Assembly: GCA_034530875.2 (NCBI GenBank) | Contig: JAVRCJ020000012.1 | Location: forward strand, 32,001-96,000 | DNA: 64,000 nt | DNA from: Nostoc sp. DedSLP01 | GTDB taxonomy: Bacteria > Cyanobacteriota > Cyanobacteriia > Cyanobacteriales > Nostocaceae | Direction of reading: 5' to 3' | Shown here: one piece after another, positions 62,891-64,000 of the stretch | Position numbering within the stretch: position 1 is the stretch's first letter | Layout: each line of letters begins with the position of its first letter | Position numbers and translations under genes: made by a program | The notes under the pieces: model-generated | The model's database searches: none | What the model saw: only the letters and a program-made list of their open reading frames with translations | Told to the model about the DNA's origin: nothing

Positions 62891-63773
62891 TTGCTACCTT
62901 CTCTAACTGTAAATGCGGCCAATTAGTTTCATCAGTTCCAAATTGTGTTAAAAAAGCAAATATCCATCGTTCGATTCCGAAGGCTACACAGCCAGAGAAA
63001 GCATCTTGACCGTCTCGCTGAATTTGAAATGTTTCTCCAAAATAATTTCGATGGAAATTGACTGAGCCAATAGCCAGACTATTTTGAAATACCATTTCTG
63101 TTTTTACTGGTGCTAGCTTTTGCGCTAAATATTTAGGATTTTGCAAAGGATTAAAAAATGGATCTGTTGCTTCATCCCAGTCAATTGGCAGGTTAATTGT
63201 AGTAAATAAATGTTCTAATTTTTGTCGATAGTTATCCAAAAATACTTTCACTTCATCTGCTGTGCCAATACATACAATTTCTCGCATAGAAAAATTCCAT
63301 TGGCGTTCGAGGGGTCGATAATATGACTCTCGTCGAAAACAATTTCCTCTAGTTGTCAAGTACTTTGGTCTATTGAGATTCTGTCCTTGAAATTGAATGT
63401 AAAAGTGATAGCAGGCTGCTGGTGTGAGAACATCCCGAATTGGCCCTGGTGCTGTCAATTGGACTTCTCCGGCTGCTGAAATAGGTTGTCCCTCAGCAAA
63501 AGTCTTTAAATTCTTTTCCTCTGGATTTAGGAAAACTGGAAATGTGACTAAATGAGGAAAAGAACGAAAATATTCTAGGCGTTCTAGTTCGCGTGCAGAA
63601 ATAAAAGTTGGAAACAGATGTTCTTGAGCAGTACATTCTCTAGCCAAGCTGATAAAAAACTGGTCGAGTTTGTGATAAAGCTTGAGCAAATTACCGCTAA
63701 ATGCTGATTGACCATTGGGAAACCAACGATAATCTGCTAGGTTTTCAAAGTTAATTTTAGTGTTATTTTCCAT
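62883..63773 (-). CDS. Seryl-tRNA-synthetase-like amino acid:carrier protein ligase (class II catalytic core only)
   Basis: YFRSFPH, PAACYHFY, motif 2 CFRRE...FSMREIVCIG, SVNFHRNYFG, motif 3 SGCVAFGIERW; 296 aa with no tRNA-binding domain. Confidence 0.85.
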   Translation of the reverse strand: MENNTKINFENLADYRWFPNGQSAFSGNLLKLYHKLDQFFISLARECTAQEHLFPTFISARELERLEYFRSFPHLVTFPVFLNPEEKNLKTFAEGQPISAAGEVQLTAPGPIRDVLTPAACYHFYIQFQGQNLNRPKYLTTRGNCFRRESYYRPLERQWNFSMREIVCIGTADEVKVFLDNYRQKLEHLFTTINLPIDWDEATDPFFNPLQNPKYLAQKLAPVKTEMVFQNSLAIGSVNFHRNYFGETFQIQRDGQDAFSGCVAFGIERWIFAFLTQFGTDETNWPHLQLEKVANV

Positions 63774-64000
63774 TGGTTACCTCTTGAAAAAAATTGTGGT
63801 GTATGGCGTTAATATCTCGAAAAACCTTGTGTTTGATATTAGAGAAGTTAATGGGGCGATCGCTTAATTGTTCGATAAACAAAAGTAGTTCCATTACTTG
63901 CAGTGAAGAAATAATTCTACGTTCAATAATGGGTGTATCATCCTTGAGTTCATCGCTTTGAATCTTGCCATTTGTATTCACTATCCATTCATGCAATGCC
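63763..64000 (-). CDS. Carrier protein 1, 5'-truncated by the window end
   Basis: Frame open to the edge (...ALHEWIV); DDTPIIERRIISSLQVMELLLFIE resembles the Ppant-Ser helix; stop overlaps the ligase start. Confidence 0.72.
   Translation of the reverse strand, partial: ALHEWIVNTNGKIQSDELKDDTPIIERRIISSLQVMELLLFIEQLSDRPINFSNIKHKVFRDINAIHHNFFQEVTNGK

Noticed and set aside
62883..63773. Housekeeping serS
   Set aside because: Too short, lacks the tRNA-binding domain, and is coupled to a carrier protein in a biosynthetic operon
1..64000. Frequent GCGATCGC octamer as a novel signal
   Set aside because: This is the well-known cyanobacterial HIP1 sequence

Overview
A 64-kb stretch of a filamentous cyanobacterial chromosome, probably Nostocales: HIP1 octamers (GCGATCGC) are abundant, and there are STRR heptamer repeats and DevB/DevC, Uma2 and Ser/Thr-His kinase families. 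1-20 kb: housekeeping and accessory genes (class V aminotransferase, DUF1499, ChaB, an AAC(6')-Ie-like GNAT, NdbB-type oxidoreductase, HAD hydrolase, radical SAM, prmA, serA, methyltransferase-HIT fusion, metallophosphoesterase, SBP56 plus ferredoxin). This part also holds a complete group II intron (12423-14892) that interrupts a Uma2 gene and splices out in frame. 21-57 kb: a dense signalling region with hybrid kinases (one fused to a ParD-like ribbon-helix-helix domain), a Ser/Thr-AAA-His kinase, CHASE3/CHASE4 kinases, REC-PAS-GGDEF-EAL, Rcp1-like receivers and an HTH-AAA regulator. A 7.66-kb part of it is bracketed by 55-bp inverted repeats. Two double-glycine-leader proteins and an SPS-like glycosyltransferase are also present. 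57-64 kb: the strongest candidate for an undescribed system, a minus-strand biosynthetic operon cut by the window edge. It encodes a carrier protein, a SerRS-like amino acid:carrier-protein ligase, a thioester reductase, a ferritin-like diiron enzyme, a second carrier protein, a DevB/DevC exporter and an alpha/beta hydrolase. I saw no rRNA, tRNA or CRISPR array. All family calls come from motif recognition; no database search was run.
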